This document shows positions 59,851 to 64,000 of a DNA stretch of 64,000 bases, one piece after another. Below the pieces are notes generated by a model that saw nothing but the letters and a program-made list of their open reading frames with translations, ran no database searches and was not told where the DNA came from. Source of the stretch: Clostridia bacterium (lineage in GTDB: Bacteria; Bacillota; Clostridia; UMGS1883; UMGS1540); contig JAZSDW010000053.1 in NCBI GenBank assembly GCA_045531355.1, positions 85 to 64,084 of the forward strand, written 5' to 3'. A program made the position numbers and the translations under genes. The first letter of the stretch is position 1, and each line of letters opens with the position of its first letter.

Positions 59851-61168
59851 AAGCTTAGGCGAGAAACTACAGAATGTGTTTAAGTCGCTTCGCGGCAAAG
59901 GGCGCGTGAGCGAAAAAGATATTAAGGATGCCATGCGGCAGGTGCGTCTGGCTCTTTTGGAGGCGGATGTTAATTTCAAGGTGGCGAAGGATTTTATCGA
60001 GGCCATTCGGGAGAAGGCGCTGGGAACAGATGTTCTGGAGAGTCTGACGCCCGGGCAGCAGATTATCAAAATCGTCCGGGATGAGCTGGTGGAGCTGATG
60101 GGCGGTGCGCAGGCAAAGCTTGCCGTATCCTCAAAGCCGCCGACGGTTCTGATGATGGTAGGCTTAAACGGTGCCGGTAAAACAACGACGAGTGCAAAGC
60201 TCGCCGGCCTTTTGAAAAAACAGGGCAAGCGGCCGATCTTAGCCGCGTGCGATGTCTACCGGCCGGCGGCGGTAAAGCAGCTGATGGTCGTAGGCGAGCA
60301 GGTGGGCGTGCCGGTGTTTGCAAAAGAAGGGGCTACGGACCCTGTGGAGATTGCAAAAGAAGCCGTCTTGGGGTGCGATACTTCGCGCTTTGACACGGTA
60401 ATTTTAGATACAGCGGGGCGTCTGCAGGTAGACGAAGCGCTGATGGATGAGCTGGTGCGGATGAAAGCGGCGGTGCATCCAACGGAAATTCTACTGGTTG
60501 TAGACGCGATGACCGGGCAGGACGCAGTGAACATCGCAGAGGGTTTTGCTTCGACCGTTGGTATTGACGGCGTGATTCTGACAAAGATGGATGGCGATAC
60601 CCGCGGCGGCGCAGCGCTCAGCGTCAAGGCCACTTGCGGCGCGCCGATTAAATTCTCCTGTATAGGCGAAAAATTGCAGGATATTGAGCCGTTTTATCCG
60701 GACAGAGTGGCTTCCCGCATTCTGGGCATGGGCGATATGCTCACGCTGATTGATAAGGCGCAGGAAGCGTTTGACGAAAAGAAGGCCGCGGCGCTGGAAC
60801 AAAAAATCCGGCAGCAGCGGTTTGACTTACAGGATTTTCTTGACCAGATGGAGCAGATGAAGGGCATGGGGCCCCTCTCCGGGCTTGCACGGATGCTGCC
60901 GGGCGTAAATGCCAAGGCGCTTGAAGGCGCGCAGATTGATGACCGGCAAATGGAGCGCACGGCGGCGATTATTAAATCAATGACGAAGCGTGAGCGGGAA
61001 AATCCCCAAATTATGGATGCTTCCAGGAAACGGCGCGTTGCCGCCGGAAGCGGAACACAGGTGCAGGACGTAAACCGGCTTTTAAAGCAGTTTGATGATA
61101 TGCAGAAGCTGATGAAGCAGTTTATGGGCAAAGGGAAAAAGCATAAGCGGTTTCCCTTTGGGTTATAA
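59840..61168 (+). CDS. ffh: signal recognition particle protein Ffh
   Basis: Start at MAFESLGEKLQNVF; the ATG at 59840 overlaps the ylxM 3' end. GTPase motifs (GLNGAGKTTT, DTAGR, TKMDGD) and a Met-rich M-domain. The ORF-track start at 59636 is an upstream in-frame extension. Confidence 0.95.
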   Translation: MAFESLGEKLQNVFKSLRGKGRVSEKDIKDAMRQVRLALLEADVNFKVAKDFIEAIREKALGTDVLESLTPGQQIIKIVRDELVELMGGAQAKLAVSSKPPTVLMMVGLNGAGKTTTSAKLAGLLKKQGKRPILAACDVYRPAAVKQLMVVGEQVGVPVFAKEGATDPVEIAKEAVLGCDTSRFDTVILDTAGRLQVDEALMDELVRMKAAVHPTEILLVVDAMTGQDAVNIAEGFASTVGIDGVILTKMDGDTRGGAALSVKATCGAPIKFSCIGEKLQDIEPFYPDRVASRILGMGDMLTLIDKAQEAFDEKKAAALEQKIRQQRFDLQDFLDQMEQMKGMGPLSGLARMLPGVNAKALEGAQIDDRQMERTAAIIKSMTKRERENPQIMDASRKRRVAAGSGTQVQDVNRLLKQFDDMQKLMKQFMGKGKKHKRFPFGL

Positions 61169-61186
61169 TAAAGGAGGTGAAAGAGA

Positions 61187-61432
61187 ATGGCAGTAAAGAT
61201 CAGACTGAGAAGGATGGGTGCGAAAAAAACTCCGTTTTACAGAGTGGTTGTTGCAGATTCCAGATACCCGCGTGATGGTAGATTCATCGAAGCAATCGGA
61301 ACCTACAATCCGATGACGGAACCTTCCGAAATCAAGATTGACGGCGATAAGGCAAAGAAATGGATCGCCACGGGCGCACAGCCCACAGACAGTGTGAAGG
61401 CACTTCTGAAAAAGAGCGGCATTGTAGAATAA
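61187..61432 (+). CDS. rpsP: 30S ribosomal protein S16
   Basis: 81 aa, [24 protein letters not shown]. Confidence 0.95.
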   Translation: MAVKIRLRRMGAKKTPFYRVVVADSRYPRDGRFIEAIGTYNPMTEPSEIKIDGDKAKKWIATGAQPTDSVKALLKKSGIVE

Positions 61433-61456
61433 TTTTGAGGGAAAGGCGGACAAGCT

Positions 61457-61684
61457 ATGAAAGAGCTGCTGGAATTTATTGTTAAATCTCTGGTTACCTG
61501 CCCGGACGATGTCGTCATTGAAGAAAAGACGGAAGGCGATATAATTACGCTGGAAATCCATGTAAATGAATGTGACATGGGCAAAGTAATTGGGAAGCAG
61601 GGCAAGATTGCCAAAGCAATCCGTTCGCTGATGAAGGCGGCCGCTGCACGGCATAATGTCAAAGTCAATGTTGACATTCTCTAA
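61457..61684 (+). CDS. KH-domain RNA-binding protein (YlqC-like)
   Basis: 75 aa with the KH motif VIGKQGKIAKAIRSL. Confidence 0.8.
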   Translation: MKELLEFIVKSLVTCPDDVVIEEKTEGDIITLEIHVNECDMGKVIGKQGKIAKAIRSLMKAAAARHNVKVNVDIL

Positions 61685-61771
61685 ATGGTGACGATACAAG
61701 CGGTGGGAAGCCGGACGGTTTGGTCCGGCTCCCCGCGCTTTGCGCCAGAGGGGGATGAAGGAGGAATTTTT

Positions 61772-62266
61772 TTGCTGGAATGCGGCAAAATTGTAAATAC
61801 ACACGGATTGCGGGGCGAAGTAAAGGTTGTATACTATACGGACGCCCCTGATTTTTTTAATACGATAAAAACCCTGTATGTGCCGTCCGGCAGGTCTTTT
61901 CAGCTCCAGAGCTATCGCCGGAATAAGGGGAGCGTACTTTTAAAGCTTAAAGGCGTGGACACGGTGGAGGACGCCGAGAGGCTGGTTGGTGAGACGCTTT
62001 CTGTAGCCCGGCGCGATTTACCGCCGCTTCCGGAAGGACGGTATTATATTGCAGACATTCTGGGCATGGAGGTCGTAACCGATGCCGGGAGGAATCTCGG
62101 CAAGGTTGTAGATGTGTTCAAAACCGGAAGCAACGATGTGTATACCGTGCGCGGGGATAAGGAGTATTTAATTCCTGTAATTGACGAGGTCATCTGCAAG
62201 ACGGACCTTTCGGCAAAGCGCATTACTATAAAACCTTTGAAGGGACTTTTAGAGGATGAAGATTGA
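61772..62266 (+). CDS. rimM: ribosome maturation factor RimM
   Basis: Probable TTG start at 61772 after a GGAGGA RBS, giving [19 protein letters not shown]. The ORF-track start at 61685 has no RBS. Confidence 0.75.
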   Translation: MLECGKIVNTHGLRGEVKVVYYTDAPDFFNTIKTLYVPSGRSFQLQSYRRNKGSVLLKLKGVDTVEDAERLVGETLSVARRDLPPLPEGRYYIADILGMEVVTDAGRNLGKVVDVFKTGSNDVYTVRGDKEYLIPVIDEVICKTDLSAKRITIKPLKGLLEDED

Positions 62267-62951
62267 TGTACTGACCCTGTTTCCTGCGATGTTTGAGGCC
62301 GTTTTGGGCGACAGCATCATCGGACGCGCTGCGAAAAAAGGGCTTTTACATTTAGAATACATAAATATACGCGATTTTTCCGAAGATAAGCATAGGCGGG
62401 TGGATGATTATCCCTACGGCGCCGGCGGCGGCATGGTTATGGCGCCCGAGCCGATTTATAACGCCTGGAAGCATATCACGGCGCCGCTTTCCTATCGGCC
62501 GCATGTGATATATCTTTCACCGCAGGGGCCGGTGTTCACGCAGGAAAAGGCAAAAGCGCTAGCCACCGGATACGAGCACCTGATTCTCCTTTGCGGCCAT
62601 TATGAGGGCGTAGATGAACGGATTTTAGAGGAAATTGTAGACGAGGAGATTTCGATTGGTGACTATGTTCTCACCGGCGGCGAAATTCCGGCCATGGCAG
62701 TCATTGACGCTGTAGCGCGGATGGTGCCGGGCGTGGTGCAGCATGGGAACAGCGACTGCGAGTCGCTTTCTGACGGCCTTTTGGAATATCCGCAGTACAC
62801 AAGACCGCCCGAATTTATGGGGCGGCGCGTGCCGGACATTCTTTTAAGCGGCCACAGGGCGAATATTGCAAAGTGGCGTGCAGAGATGGCGCTGGAAAGG
62901 ACGCGACAGAAGCGCCCGGACCTTTTGGAAAGGAAGAAAAACAATGGATAG
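62256..62951 (+). CDS. trmD: tRNA (guanine37-N1)-methyltransferase
   Basis: 231 aa. [10 protein letters not shown], and the SPOUT knot region [10 protein letters not shown]...GDYVLTGGE. Confidence 0.95.
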   Translation: MKIDVLTLFPAMFEAVLGDSIIGRAAKKGLLHLEYINIRDFSEDKHRRVDDYPYGAGGGMVMAPEPIYNAWKHITAPLSYRPHVIYLSPQGPVFTQEKAKALATGYEHLILLCGHYEGVDERILEEIVDEEISIGDYVLTGGEIPAMAVIDAVARMVPGVVQHGNSDCESLSDGLLEYPQYTRPPEFMGRRVPDILLSGHRANIAKWRAEMALERTRQKRPDLLERKKNNG

Positions 62952-64000
62952 GAAAAAGGCATGGCGAATTGGCGTTGTGGCGTTTGCGGTTATCCTTACG
63001 CTGTTTCTGACGGTGTGGTGCTTGCCGCGGCTGCTTCTTTGGTTTTTGCCATTTGTGCTTGCGTATTTACTGGCGAAAATCATAGAGCCTCTGGTGGCGT
63101 TTCTGGAGAAGAAACTTCGGCTTCCCCGCAAAATCGGCGCAGGGATTACGGTGGTGCTTGCAATCGGGATTTTAGGGGGCGTTGTGGCGGCGCTTGTTGC
63201 AAGACTCTGGGAAGAGATGAATGACATCATCACACATAGCGATTCTATTTTGCGTGGCATCGAGGCGGAATACAGGCTATTTCGCGATTCCCACGCGGCG
63301 CGGCTCGGGCTTGCGGAGGAGCTGGACCGCATTTTTCAGGGCTTTGGGACCAAGATTTCGGAATATATTGCTTCCAATACACTTCCTGCCATCCGGGGGG
63401 CTGTGGATATGGTACGGGCGGTGCCGTCTGCAATCATTTTTACAGTTTCCTTTGTTTTAGCCACCTATTTTATGAGTAGTGACAGAGAAACCATCCGCGC
63501 AGGGGTGCGGCGCGCCGTGCCGGCAAAGGTGCTGCATGTGACGGACGGAATTGTGCATCACATTATTTCGGCACTTGTTGCGTATGTGCAGGCGCAGCTG
63601 GTGATTATCTGTATCACCTTTTTCGAACTGACCATTGGCTTTCTGATTATCGGCGGTACGGTGGCAAACTATGCGCTTTTATTTGCGTTGATTATCAGCA
63701 TCATTGATGCAATTCCGATTTTAGGCACGGGTACGGTGCTGATTCCGTGGGGTGTCTATGCGCTGGCGGCAGGGGATACGCGGCTCGGCATTTTGCTGCT
63801 CGTTCTGTATCTCATTTGCCTTGCTGTCCGGCAGATGACCGAGCCGCGCCTCGTGGCGCACCGCATCGGGCTTCACCCCTTGCTTATTCTAATGGTTATG
63901 TATATCGGCCTTCGCCTGATTGGCATTTTCGGTATGATTTTAGGCCCGGTACTGGCGCTGGTGGTAAAGCAGCTTCATGCAAGCGGCGCCTTTCGTGCGA
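62944..64000 (+). CDS. AI-2E family transporter / sporulation integral membrane protein YtvI-like (partial; continues past the window end)
   Basis: ATG at 62944 overlaps the trmD stop. The frame stays open to the window end with multiple TM segments ([22 protein letters not shown]...). Confidence 0.65.
   Translation, partial: MDRKKAWRIGVVAFAVILTLFLTVWCLPRLLLWFLPFVLAYLLAKIIEPLVAFLEKKLRLPRKIGAGITVVLAIGILGGVVAALVARLWEEMNDIITHSDSILRGIEAEYRLFRDSHAARLGLAEELDRIFQGFGTKISEYIASNTLPAIRGAVDMVRAVPSAIIFTVSFVLATYFMSSDRETIRAGVRRAVPAKVLHVTDGIVHHIISALVAYVQAQLVIICITFFELTIGFLIIGGTVANYALLFALIISIIDAIPILGTGTVLIPWGVYALAAGDTRLGILLLVLYLICLAVRQMTEPRLVAHRIGLHPLLILMVMYIGLRLIGIFGMILGPVLALVVKQLHASGAFRA

Overview
This window reads as a 64-kb chromosomal segment of a high-GC, spore-forming Firmicute (Clostridia-like). 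The organism guess rests on an xerD–spoIIM–proC cluster, a ytvI-like gene, a DUF1540 protein, an SLH-domain wall protein and T-box control of pheST. It is densely packed with housekeeping genes. These include part of the glycolytic operon (gpmI truncated at the edge, tpiA, pgk), recA, T-box-regulated pheS–pheT, a dnaD-like/dnaI-like replication pair, a MacAB-type efflux operon with a co-transcribed SLH protein, tRNA-Thr, rpsF–ssb–rpsR, trxA–prmA–rsmE, ung, carD–ispD–ispF, pgi, thrC, gatCAB, a sporulation-flavoured cluster (dacB-like, xerD, spoIIM-like, proC), nadK–argR–recN, an ABC-F ATPase, coaX with an ECF S-component, and ylxM–ffh–rpsP–KH–rimM–trmD. I saw no CRISPR array, IS element or prophage.

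The most unusual locus lies at about 51.8–59.4 kb. It carries a 1,870-aa protein with about 1,500 aa of N-terminal alpha-helical (TPR-like) repeats fused to a C-terminal P-loop NTPase of the ORC/Cdc6-like 'archaeal ATPase' type plus a winged helix. A second stand-alone paralogous P-loop NTPase and a small polytopic membrane protein follow it. The cassette has its own near-consensus promoter, and a perfect 10-bp terminator hairpin sits between that promoter and the start codon. It is wedged between a yyaL-like gene and the conserved ylxM–ffh cluster. I regard it as a candidate uncharacterised NTPase signalling or defence module.

Other points worth a second look:
- an AraC-controlled operon of a GalK-like anomeric sugar kinase, an NDP-sugar pyrophosphorylase and a phosphohexomutase;
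- a Gly/Met-rich tail on the efflux adaptor;
- two copies of a 38-bp palindromic terminator element;
- an abrupt drop to roughly one-third G+C in the last 230 bp of gpmI at the window edge.

All calls rest on reading the translations and motifs by eye; no database searches were run.
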